From Planctomycetota bacterium (lineage in GTDB: Bacteria; Planctomycetota; UBA11346): DNA of 64,000 nt. Below the pieces are notes generated by a model. That model did not search any database. It was not told the origin of the DNA and saw only the letters and a program-made list of their open reading frames with translations. Shown in pieces: positions 28,450-36,940 of this stretch. Numbering within the stretch: the stretch's first letter is position 1; the number at the start of each line of letters is the position of its first letter. Where the stretch lies: assembly GCA_038213805.1 (NCBI GenBank), contig JBBQSO010000006.1, forward strand, positions 1 to 64,000. The letters run 5' to 3'. The position numbers and the translations under genes were made by a program.

Positions 28450-28549
28450 TGGCTGGCCTCCAGGACGGCGTGCGCTGATGGGCCCGCCGCCTGCGCCGAT
28501 GTTTAGCGTCCCCGCGCAGGGCCAAAGCCCAAAGCGCCGCGCGCGCGTT

Positions 28550-29365
28550 TTAGAAGAAGGCCAGTTTGCCGCCGACGATCAGCAGCATCACCGCCAGGAT
28601 GTAGCGCAGGACGCGGTCCGGGCTGCGCGCTGAAAGCAGGCTGCCGACGATGATGCCGGGTATCGATCCGACCAGCAGGGAGGCCAGCAGCGACCAGTCG
28701 ATCGAACCGAGCAGCCAGTAGCCCGCGCCGGCGATGAGCGTCAGCGGTACGGCGTGGGCGATGTCCGAGCCGACCAGGCGGCCTAGCGGCATGCGCGGGT
28801 AGAGCGCCATCAGCGCCGAGACGCCGATCGCGCCAGCGCCCACCGAGGACAGCGAGACCATCACGCCAAGGGCCGCGCCGAGCGTGATCGCCAGGATCGT
28901 CACCTTACGCGGCGACAGCGGGGCGTTGTTGGCGAAGCGTGCGAGCAGCCAGGGGCGCAGCAGCAGCGTGAGCGCGGTGATGATCACCGCGATGCCCAGC
29001 GCCGTCGTCAGCACGCTGTTCACCGCGGAGTGGCTGATGGCCGCGTGCGGATCGGCCGCCGGCCCGCGCAGCAGCCACAGGCAGAGCACGGTGATGCAGG
29101 TGGCCGGCACGCTGCCCGCCGCCAGGCGTCCGACCAGGCGCCAGTCGATGGTGCCCCTGGAGCCATGCACCGCCGTGCCGACGATCTTGGTGATCGCGGT
29201 GAAGAGCAGGTCGGTGCCCACCGCCGTGGCTGGGTGGATGTGGAACAGCAGCACCAGCACCGGCGTCATGAGCGAGCCCCCGCCCGTGCCGGTCAGCCCG
29301 ACGAGCACGCCGACGACCAGCCCGGACAGCGCATAGACCGGCTCGAATAAGGCATGTTCAGGCAT
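28550..29365 (-). CDS. TauE/SafE-family sulfite exporter
   Basis: GLTGTGGGSLMTPVL, AVGTDL, SSVGAGAIG, LVGSDIAHAVPL. Confidence 0.92.
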   Translation of the reverse strand: MPEHALFEPVYALSGLVVGVLVGLTGTGGGSLMTPVLVLLFHIHPATAVGTDLLFTAITKIVGTAVHGSRGTIDWRLVGRLAAGSVPATCITVLCLWLLRGPAADPHAAISHSAVNSVLTTALGIAVIITALTLLLRPWLLARFANNAPLSPRKVTILAITLGAALGVMVSLSSVGAGAIGVSALMALYPRMPLGRLVGSDIAHAVPLTLIAGAGYWLLGSIDWSLLASLLVGSIPGIIVGSLLSARSPDRVLRYILAVMLLIVGGKLAFF

Positions 29366-29551
29366 CGCGGCTCACGGTCCCTCGGCACGATCGCAAGGAT
29401 CTCCGCCCCCGGCACGCACCAGCGCGAGCGGGCATAAGTCCTGCAAATCGGTAGGGTTTGTAGGGGTATGAAATCGGCTGTCAATGACCGGGGCGTCGCG
29501 CGCACGGGTGGCGTCGAAACCCTGGCCTGCGCCGCATGTCTGCAGCGGATT

Positions 29552-29579
29552 CGCGTCGCGAGACGGGTCTCGCGACGCG
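29552..29579. terminator. GC-rich hairpin directly after the stop of 29581-30051
   Basis: CGCGTCGCGAGAC-gg-GTCTCGCGACGCG, perfect inverted repeat; no clear U-tract. Confidence 0.5.
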
Positions 29580-29580
29580 C

Positions 29581-30051
29581 CTATTTCTTGGCCGTCCCCA
29601 ATCGCCTCGCCTCATCCGTCCCCGACTTCGCAGCTACGATCGCATAGACCAGGGCTTCGCCCTTGGTCGGCGTCACGGTCAGCGTCCCCTGCATGTCGTT
29701 CTTCTCGGCCTTGCCGTCGAAGACGATCTTGTTGCCCTGGTTGTCGGAGAGCTCGCCTTTCCAGGGGATGGGGTCGTCGACGGTCTTCCCGACCGTCTGC
29801 GTGTAGGGCATCTTGATCACGCCTGCCGACTTCAGCCACGTGCTGGTGAAGGAGCGTTCGGCGAAGACCAGGCGATCCTTCTGGGTCTTGCCGTTGGCGT
29901 CGGTCAAGAGCGCCTCCCAGACCGTGCCGACCATGGTTGGTTCAACGGGTCGGTTGGGATCGAAGGGCGGGTAGATCACCGCCGCCTGCAGGGTGGCGCA
30001 GGCCATGGCGAGGATCAGGAACACGGTGGATAGGCACTGGGCGAGGGGCAT
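29581..30051 (-). CDS. Secreted hypothetical protein (beta-rich)
   Basis: GGAG RBS, signal peptide …LILAMACATLQA, typical codon usage. Confidence 0.75.
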   Translation of the reverse strand: MPLAQCLSTVFLILAMACATLQAAVIYPPFDPNRPVEPTMVGTVWEALLTDANGKTQKDRLVFAERSFTSTWLKSAGVIKMPYTQTVGKTVDDPIPWKGELSDNQGNKIVFDGKAEKNDMQGTLTVTPTKGEALVYAIVAAKSGTDEARRLGTAKK

Positions 30052-30182
30052 GGCGGGTCTCCGTGCACGGGCCGGCCTTCGGAATGGTCCGCGGCCGGGC
30101 GTGGTCGTCCGCAGCGTGCCTGGGCGCGGCGCGCGGGCCAGTGATTCCTGGGGTCAGCGTCAGGGGGAAGGATGCCGCCGCT

Positions 30183-30590
30183 TCACGGCTGCGCCGGGTG
30201 CGGCGCGGCCAGCGCGTCGAGCCCCATCGATCCGTGGGCGAGCAGCCAGATGGCGGCGGACACCGCCACCACGGCCGCCAGGTACTTGTAGAACAGCCAG
30301 ACGCGGAACATGCCGGGCGATCCCGTGTCCTGGCGCTGGGTCGACTGCGGCGCGACCGCCGGCGGCGCGAGCAGCTGGTCGGTGGCGATGGCGCTCTTCA
30401 GCGCGGCAAAGCCGAGCAGGAAGACCCCGAAGATGGTCGAGACGCTGAGATAGCGCCAATGGTTGACCACCGTCAGTGCCCCAAAGATCCCGGCCGCGGC
30501 CACTGCAAGCATGGCCACGTACATCACCACCGTGGTCCAGCGCAGCGGCTGGACCGGCGGTGGTGCGGCCACGCCCGCGGCCACCATCAC
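30183..30590 (-). CDS. Hypothetical membrane protein (3 TM)
   Basis: Three hydrophobic segments; start overlaps the transketolase stop. Confidence 0.7.
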   Translation of the reverse strand: MMVAAGVAAPPPVQPLRWTTVVMYVAMLAVAAAGIFGALTVVNHWRYLSVSTIFGVFLLGFAALKSAIATDQLLAPPAVAPQSTQRQDTGSPGMFRVWLFYKYLAAVVAVSAAIWLLAHGSMGLDALAAPHPAQP

Positions 30591-32686
30591 AGCGCCTTGG
30601 CGGCGGCGACGATGCCCGCGGTGCCGATGCCGTGCTTGTCGTAGAGCTCGTCAGCGGTGTACGAACTCTGGCCGAATTCGCCGCGCACGCCTAGCAGCGT
30701 GACGGTGGGGACGGTCCCGGCCTGGACCAGCGCGCTGATCAGCATCGCGCCGGCGCCACCGATCGCCTGGTGATCTTCGACCGTGACCAGCTTGCCGCCG
30801 GTCTTCGCCAGCGCCGCCTGGTGGCCGGCGAGGTCGGGGCGGTTGGGCGTGGCGTTGTTCAGCACCAGCGCGCCGATGCCGTCCGCAGCGAGCTTCTCCG
30901 CCGCCTTGATGGCGTGCGCGACCAGCGAGCCGTTGGCACTGATGGTCACGCTCTTCGTCTTGCCGGCGGTGGTGTCGGCGACGACCATCGCCTTGCCCCA
31001 GGCGTACGCGCCACCGGCCGGCTTCAGGCTGACCGCGAAATTCTCGCGGCCGCAGAAGAACAGCACGCTGTCGGGGTGGTGGCCGGCCTTGCGCTCGTCG
31101 GCGAAGCGCTCGATGGCGAAGGCCATCGCCCACTCGGCCTCCTCGGCGCTCGCCGGGCAGTACTGCTGGAGCTGCGGCACCGCGCCGGTCGCGGCGAGGT
31201 AGTAGAGACCCTGGTGGCTGGCGCCGTCGGCCGCGTCCTGGAATCCGGTGTGGCTATAGACCGCGATGATCGCCGACTGGCTGAGGTTGGCCATGGTCAT
31301 CGGCAGCAGGCCCTTGGTGATGCCGAACTGCACGAAGGTGTCGACCACCGGGATGTAGCCGAGCTTCGAGAAGCCGGCCGCGGTCGAGATCATGTTGGCC
31401 TCGGCCACGCCGACCTCGAACGACAGCTGCGGGTACTTCTGGCGGAACGGCGCGACGCCGGTCGAGCCCTGCAGGTCGGCGCTGACCGACACCACCGGCA
31501 GGCCCTTGTCGGCCGCGCTGATCATGCCCTTGGGGAAGCCGCCCTGGATCTTGTCCTTCTTCACCGCCGGCGCGGCGGGCGCGGCGGTGGGGACGGCTGC
31601 GGCCTTTGCGGCGTCCTTCGCGGCCTTGGCCGCGGCGGCGTCCTCGAGCTCCTTCAGCCAGGCCTCGAATTCGGGCGCCAGCGGGCGACCAGCATTGGCC
31701 TCGACGACGAAGGCGCGCAGCTTGCCGCCGGCGATGTCGCCGCCGGCGAGCGGGTAGCCGTGGCCGCCGCTCGACGACTTCACGGTGCTGGCCACGCCGA
31801 AGCCCTTGACGGTCTTCGCCCATACCGCCACCGGCTGCTTGGGGTTGGCCTCGGCGGCGGCGACCGCTGCCTCGACCGCCGTGTAGGCGGCCTGCAGGTC
31901 ATTGCCGTTGGCGAGGGTGATGACCTTCCAGCCGAGCGCCTCGAGGGCGTTGAAGCTGGGCTGCATCGAGAAGGCGTCGGCGTCGATGCGCCCGGACAGC
32001 TTGGTGTTGTTGTCGCTGATGATCAGCACGAACGGCGAGGTCAGGCCCTTGCCGGCCAGACCGGGGATGGCGCTGAGCGATTCCTTGGCCTCACCCTCCA
32101 TCATCGCGCCGTCGGAGATCACGCAGATCGCGGTGCGCGGCTTGTTGGCGAGGACGTCGGCCATGGCCAAGCCCTGCACCACCGGCAGGGTCGAGCCGAG
32201 CGGACCGTTGGAGATCATCACGCCCTCGGGGAAGAGGTGCGACTCGCCGTGGCCGGTGAGCTTGCTCTTAATCGAACGGAAGCCCTTGAGATCCTGCACG
32301 GTCACGCCGGCGTAGCCGTAGTTGGCCTTGAGCGCGTAGACGCCGTTCTCGGTGTGGCCTGCGTCGTTGCCGAAGTTGTAATGCTGGTGCCAGGGGGTCT
32401 TCCTGAACATCACGCCGTGCACCGCCGACATCAGCTCGGCGAGGGCGGCCGGGCCACCCCAGTGGCAGGCGGCGCCGCCGACCACCGCGTTCATGTCCAT
32501 CAGCGCGACCATCACGCGCGTCACAACCGGGTCGGCGACCTGCACGTCGGCGCCGTCCTTGCCCTTCACGGTGGCCGGGAAGCGCGGCGCGCCCGGGTTG
32601 CCGGCGAGGGGATTGGGGAAGGTCAGGCCCTGACGGTGGCGCTGTTCGGGGGAGATGGCGGCTGCGGCGGCGAGATCGACGGCCAT
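30587..32686 (-). CDS. tkt: Transketolase-family ThDP enzyme (single chain)
   Basis: LTGHGE, SNGPLGS, ThDP motif ISDGAMMEGE…DNN, ADLQGST, GVAEANM, DGASHQ, TVEDHQ. Confidence 0.85.
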   Translation of the reverse strand: MAVDLAAAAAISPEQRHRQGLTFPNPLAGNPGAPRFPATVKGKDGADVQVADPVVTRVMVALMDMNAVVGGAACHWGGPAALAELMSAVHGVMFRKTPWHQHYNFGNDAGHTENGVYALKANYGYAGVTVQDLKGFRSIKSKLTGHGESHLFPEGVMISNGPLGSTLPVVQGLAMADVLANKPRTAICVISDGAMMEGEAKESLSAIPGLAGKGLTSPFVLIISDNNTKLSGRIDADAFSMQPSFNALEALGWKVITLANGNDLQAAYTAVEAAVAAAEANPKQPVAVWAKTVKGFGVASTVKSSSGGHGYPLAGGDIAGGKLRAFVVEANAGRPLAPEFEAWLKELEDAAAAKAAKDAAKAAAVPTAAPAAPAVKKDKIQGGFPKGMISAADKGLPVVSVSADLQGSTGVAPFRQKYPQLSFEVGVAEANMISTAAGFSKLGYIPVVDTFVQFGITKGLLPMTMANLSQSAIIAVYSHTGFQDAADGASHQGLYYLAATGAVPQLQQYCPASAEEAEWAMAFAIERFADERKAGHHPDSVLFFCGRENFAVSLKPAGGAYAWGKAMVVADTTAGKTKSVTISANGSLVAHAIKAAEKLAADGIGALVLNNATPNRPDLAGHQAALAKTGGKLVTVEDHQAIGGAGAMLISALVQAGTVPTVTLLGVRGEFGQSSYTADELYDKHGIGTAGIVAAAKAL

Positions 32687-32928
32687 GGGGCTGCTTTCCT
32701 GGTCAGGAGCGGTGGTGCTGAATGGTGGTGATTTAGGGATAATACTGTCCGCAACGTGGATCCGGTGCAAGTGGAGCCTGTCCGGGGGCGTCAGACGCGC
32801 CCCGCCAGGGGCCCCATGCCCGGCTTGCGCTGGCTCCCGCCCGTGGCAATCATCGCGTTCCCCCGGGTGGATCCCTGGCAGCGCACTCCGCTGCCAGCCT
32901 CCCCCCCGCCCCGCGCCTGGAGCCAACG

Positions 32929-33372
32929 ATGGATCTTCGCACTCTCCGCCTGCCGATCTTCATCTTCCTGGTCGCCATCGCCGGCTGCGGCGAGAGCCGC
33001 ACCCAAGGCAATGGCGAGTTCGGCACGGTGGCCGGAGCCGATGGCAGGCCTGCGGCTGGTGCCGGTCCGGTGGCGGTCGGAGCCGCAGCTCCGACTCCGG
33101 CCGCAGGAGCAGCGAGCGCGGTTCCCGCCGCTGTCGACAAGCCCACGGCGATCAACACGCGCTGCCCGGTCACCGGCGAGACGCTCGGCGCCGACGCCGT
33201 GACGGTCACCGTGTCCACCGAGGTCATCCAGCCGCCGCGCACCTACGTGATCGCCTGTGCGAACGACGCCGCCGCCAAGAAGGTCAGCGCCGAGCCCAAC
33301 AAGTACATCCCCGCCGCGCTGCACAACGTCGCCGCGCGTCACGACGCGGATCCGATCGACAATCCGCGCTGA
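32929..33372 (+). CDS. Lipoprotein with degenerate YHS/TRASH-like domain
   Basis: Lipobox IAGC; INTRCPVTGE…YVIACANDAAAKKVSAEPNKY. Confidence 0.75.
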   Translation: MDLRTLRLPIFIFLVAIAGCGESRTQGNGEFGTVAGADGRPAAGAGPVAVGAAAPTPAAGAASAVPAAVDKPTAINTRCPVTGETLGADAVTVTVSTEVIQPPRTYVIACANDAAAKKVSAEPNKYIPAALHNVAARHDADPIDNPR

Positions 33373-33386
33373 GCGGCGGATACTCT

Positions 33387-33439
33387 CGCGTGACGCGTGA
33401 CGCGTGACGCGTGACGCGTGACGCGTCACGCGTCACGCG
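33387..33439. repeat. Heptamer array CGCGTGA x5 followed by inverted TCACGCG x2 (fold-back) between convergent genes
   Basis: Read directly from the sequence; likely bidirectional hairpin. Confidence 0.9.
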
Positions 33440-33441
33440 CC

Positions 33442-34137
33442 TCAAGGCGCCGGGGCCTGTGCTTCTTCCGGCAACTCGACCACGCGCACGTCGTCAAACC
33501 ACGACACCCCCGGCGGCCAGTACGCGAACAGCATCACTTTCATCTCGGTGACCTTCGGCGTGTGCTTGGTCGGTGCGAAATCATGCGCGGTCACTGTCCA
33601 GCCCTGCGGGCTCGCGGTAACCTCGGCGACCGCCTCGTAGAGACGCCGCTTCTCGACGCCCTCGGGCCGGGTCAGCTCGCCATAGCCGCGCACCCAGACT
33701 TTGGCCCCGCCCGCGCCGTGGTAGGCGACCGACACGCGGTAACTGCGGCCTTTGGTGATGGGGAAGGCCTGCGAGTAAATGGACAGGCCGTAGGTCGCCG
33801 CGACCGGATCGGCAGTGGCGTTTGGAATGTTCCACGCCGTGATGCCGACTTTTTTCCACTGCTCCATCATGCCGATCTCGGAGACCGCCGTGTCCAGGCG
33901 CAGCGCCTTGCCATGTCCTGCGCCCGCCGGTGCCGGCGCATCTTCCCAACGCACACCCAGCCCATCCGGCCGTTCCCAACCGAGCGGACGGCGCGCATCC
34001 GCGGGATCCGCCTGGTCGAGGCCACCATTCACGACCAGGTTGGGCGCGTTCGCCGCCGGCTCTGCCGCCCCGACCGACGACTGCCAGACGAAGCAGCAGA
34101 CGACGAGCAGGAGGATTGGCAGCGAACGCATATCCAC
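33442..34137 (-). CDS. Secreted protein with galactose-binding/CBM4_9-like domain
   Basis: Signal peptide; NLVVNGG at domain start and GVSWFDDVRV at end; GGAG RBS before GTG. Confidence 0.75.
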   Translation of the reverse strand: MDMRSLPILLLVVCCFVWQSSVGAAEPAANAPNLVVNGGLDQADPADARRPLGWERPDGLGVRWEDAPAPAGAGHGKALRLDTAVSEIGMMEQWKKVGITAWNIPNATADPVAATYGLSIYSQAFPITKGRSYRVSVAYHGAGGAKVWVRGYGELTRPEGVEKRRLYEAVAEVTASPQGWTVTAHDFAPTKHTPKVTEMKVMLFAYWPPGVSWFDDVRVVELPEEAQAPAP

Positions 34138-34283
34138 ATCTACTCCAGTGGCCTGCCATCGTTGTTGGGGTCAGGGCCTGGACTCGCGTGATGGGGGCTA
34201 TCAGCGCCCAGTTTCGCTCCCTCCATCTCACCACGCCCAGGGCGATTCAGTGTCAACGGCGTGCGCAAGCCGCCAGTCGTCAT

Positions 34284-34360
34284 CCTCGCACCTCGCACCT
34301 CGCACCTCGCACCTCGCACCTCGCACCTCGCACCTCGCACCTCGCACCTCGCACCTCGCA
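34284..34360 (+). repeat. Perfect heptamer tandem repeat CCTCGCA x11
   Basis: 11 exact copies directly after the GNAT stop codon. Confidence 0.97.
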
Positions 34361-34361
34361 C

Positions 34362-34826
34362 CTAGGCTCTCGGGTCTCCCCCGATCGCCTGCCCATGGAA
34401 CGGCGTATCCCCCACCAACGCCTCCCCCGGCTTGAGGGTCCACGCCTGCGGATGGTGATGGAAGCCGATGCGCGGATAATAATCGACGGCGGCCGGCGCG
34501 GCGAGCAGCACCAGCATGGCGCGCGGTCCCAGGTCCGCGCGCGTCCGGCGGATCAGCTCGCAGCCGAGCCCCCGCCGCTGGTGGCTTTCGCGCACCGCCA
34601 GATCGGCGAGGTAGGCGACATAGCCGAAGTCGGTCAGGGTGCGCGCGATGCCGACCAGCAGGGTGCCATCCCACGCAGAGATCACCAGGTTCGCATGGCG
34701 CAGCATGCCGACGACGATGTCGCGATCGTCGAGCGGCCGGCGCGCACCCAGGCTGGTATCGCGGTAGAGGTCGATGACTTCGTCCACGTCGAGATCATTG
34801 CCGGTGCGGAAGGTGATGGGGGGCAT
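34362..34826 (-). CDS. GNAT-family N-acetyltransferase
   Basis: LVGIARTLTDF…YLADLAVRESHQRRGLG, AVDYYPRIGF. Confidence 0.92.
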   Translation of the reverse strand: MPPITFRTGNDLDVDEVIDLYRDTSLGARRPLDDRDIVVGMLRHANLVISAWDGTLLVGIARTLTDFGYVAYLADLAVRESHQRRGLGCELIRRTRADLGPRAMLVLLAAPAAVDYYPRIGFHHHPQAWTLKPGEALVGDTPFHGQAIGGDPRA

Positions 34827-35025
34827 GGCGGGGAGGATACCGCATGGCGCCGGCTTGCGCATGTAGCGATTCGGCAGTCGTCCGGGGCGGTGCGGATCCA
34901 ATACAACGGCCCGTAGTCGCAGGAGTCGCTGCCATGCTTGACGGGAGTGGAACGGCGGTCCAATGGAGGGCGTGTCTAGCATCAATCCACCTTGTTTGCG
35001 GGATCATTCCCGCTGGAGCCTCCGC

Positions 35026-36267
35026 ATGCGCACCGCCCTCACCATCCCAGTGCGGACCGTCCTCCGCTCCATGACGTTGGCGCTCTGCGCCGTGCTCACG
35101 GGGTGCGGCTCTGGAGGCGGCGGCGGGGGTGCCGCGGCGGTTGGGGGCGGTGGCGGCGGTGGGGGCGGCGGAGGCGGTGGTGGTGGTGCGGGCGGCAGCG
35201 TTGGCACCCCGATCGGTATGACCACGCAATCGGTCACCGGGACCACCCCCGGCGCCGCTGTCGGAGACACCTACGTCTTCAACATCGTCGGCGCGTCGCC
35301 GGCCATCAGCAGGATCAGCCATCCCATCATAGCGCATGAGACGGTGGCGATCGATGGCGCGGGAAACGGCACCTTCATCGACAGCGATGGAAGCACCACT
35401 GCCGTCCATGTCAATCCAGGCAGCTTCGTCGTCAACAGCGCGGTGCGGAAATTCGATTCGACAACGGGCAACCTCACCAGCACCAATACCTTCAGCGATA
35501 CTCGCACGACCACTGCGTTCGTCGCGCCGCCCGGAGGCGTCTATGAGCTGACCGTGGCAACTGTCACTGTCGGTACTGGATTCGCCGTCGGCGAAAAGGC
35601 CTATGCCGTGGTGAATCCGCTCGGATTCGTCTCGATCTCCAGTGATACCGATGACACGCAGCCGATCGGCCTCATCCAGGACGGGACCACGTGGCGGGCA
35701 CAGGCCAGCTTCTTCAATGGGTTTTCGACCCACACGACCGCGGCCACCTTCTCGCTCGATTTCACGACCGGAACCTATCTCGAAAGGAACGGTTCCACCG
35801 TGACGAATGCGGTGACCCTGACGGTCGCGCCCAAGCCCATCCCGACCACGATCACCTCCGTGAAGACGTCGAATGACGATCTCCAGATCGCACCGGGAAA
35901 TACTGCCGGCCAGACGACCACGGCCTACATCCTCAGCCACTATCCCAAGAACACCACGGAGACCACCACCGTCGATGCCGCGCACGCCACCATAACCATC
36001 GGCGCGGAAACGTTCTTCATCGCATCGCTGGACATCGATCAGATCACTGGCGATATTTCCATCGGTGCCGAGCGCTTTTTCGAAGATACGTCGCTGCCGG
36101 CTGGCAACCAGCATGTCGTGGGCATTGTCGAGTTGTTCTGCACCTCTGCGGGCGCGATGTTTGATGGCGATGTTGCGTATGGGCTCGCTTTCGATCCGAC
36201 TCCGAATAACGATGGCGGGGCATCAAACAACGACACCTTCCTTGGCGGCATTCCGTTCGCGCCATGA
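35026..36267 (+). CDS. Thr-rich beta-strand lipoprotein with poly-Gly linker
   Basis: Lipobox LTGC at 35095-35106, then G6 and G15 runs; no family recognised. Confidence 0.75.
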   Translation: MRTALTIPVRTVLRSMTLALCAVLTGCGSGGGGGGAAAVGGGGGGGGGGGGGGGAGGSVGTPIGMTTQSVTGTTPGAAVGDTYVFNIVGASPAISRISHPIIAHETVAIDGAGNGTFIDSDGSTTAVHVNPGSFVVNSAVRKFDSTTGNLTSTNTFSDTRTTTAFVAPPGGVYELTVATVTVGTGFAVGEKAYAVVNPLGFVSISSDTDDTQPIGLIQDGTTWRAQASFFNGFSTHTTAATFSLDFTTGTYLERNGSTVTNAVTLTVAPKPIPTTITSVKTSNDDLQIAPGNTAGQTTTAYILSHYPKNTTETTTVDAAHATITIGAETFFIASLDIDQITGDISIGAERFFEDTSLPAGNQHVVGIVELFCTSAGAMFDGDVAYGLAFDPTPNNDGGASNNDTFLGGIPFAP

Positions 36268-36857
36268 GGACGAGATCGATAACGATCATACTCGGCGGTA
36301 TCGTCGCTAGTGCGACGGTTGTGGCGCTGGCGATGGCCATGCCATCGCGGAGCTTGGTTACCGAAGGCAGGAGCCCGGTCCTGTCTTCGGCGCTGGCTGC
36401 TCAAGCCGACTCCGCCCCAGCCGTGTCGGCTTTGGCGAAAGCCGGCGCTGATGCGTCACGGATGTTCGGGGAGCTGTGCGTCGTGGGCCATAACGGCACG
36501 TCTGGTGCGCCCAACAACCCCACGGAATTCCCTGGCCATGCGCTGACGGTCGTGGCACAGCCGCCTGCATCTGCAGGTGGCTCTGCTACCGGACTCATGA
36601 CCAGGGACCGTCGTACGGGGATGGTGAATAGGCCTCCGATCATCAGTCCCGGCAGTCAGATGGTCGACGGCACTCCTGAGCCTGGTGCGGCGGCAATGAT
36701 TGCGGATGGACAGTCGATACCCTCTGCACAACCAGAGTCCGTACCGCCGCCCACCACCTGCGTGCCACCAGGGCGCCGAGTGCATGGTCGATCCCATTTT
36801 GGTAGTCTGCATATGCAGGCGGCTTTCCATCCGCCTCTGCCGAGAAGCCCGGGGTAA
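36264..36857 (+). CDS. Hypothetical protein with N-terminal membrane/signal segment
   Basis: ATGA overlap with the upstream gene; atypical codon usage; low-complexity body. Confidence 0.5.
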   Translation: MRTRSITIILGGIVASATVVALAMAMPSRSLVTEGRSPVLSSALAAQADSAPAVSALAKAGADASRMFGELCVVGHNGTSGAPNNPTEFPGHALTVVAQPPASAGGSATGLMTRDRRTGMVNRPPIISPGSQMVDGTPEPGAAAMIADGQSIPSAQPESVPPPTTCVPPGRRVHGRSHFGSLHMQAAFHPPLPRSPG

Positions 36858-36940
36858 TGCGGTCCGGGCGCACCGGTTCGCATGGATGAGACGATGGTTC
36901 GTGCCGACTGCCGGTCGCTGGCGCTGGATGTGGGCCACCG

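Noticed and set aside
33387..34363. Possible CRISPR array
   Set aside because: 7-bp tandem units with no spacers and no cas genes in the window
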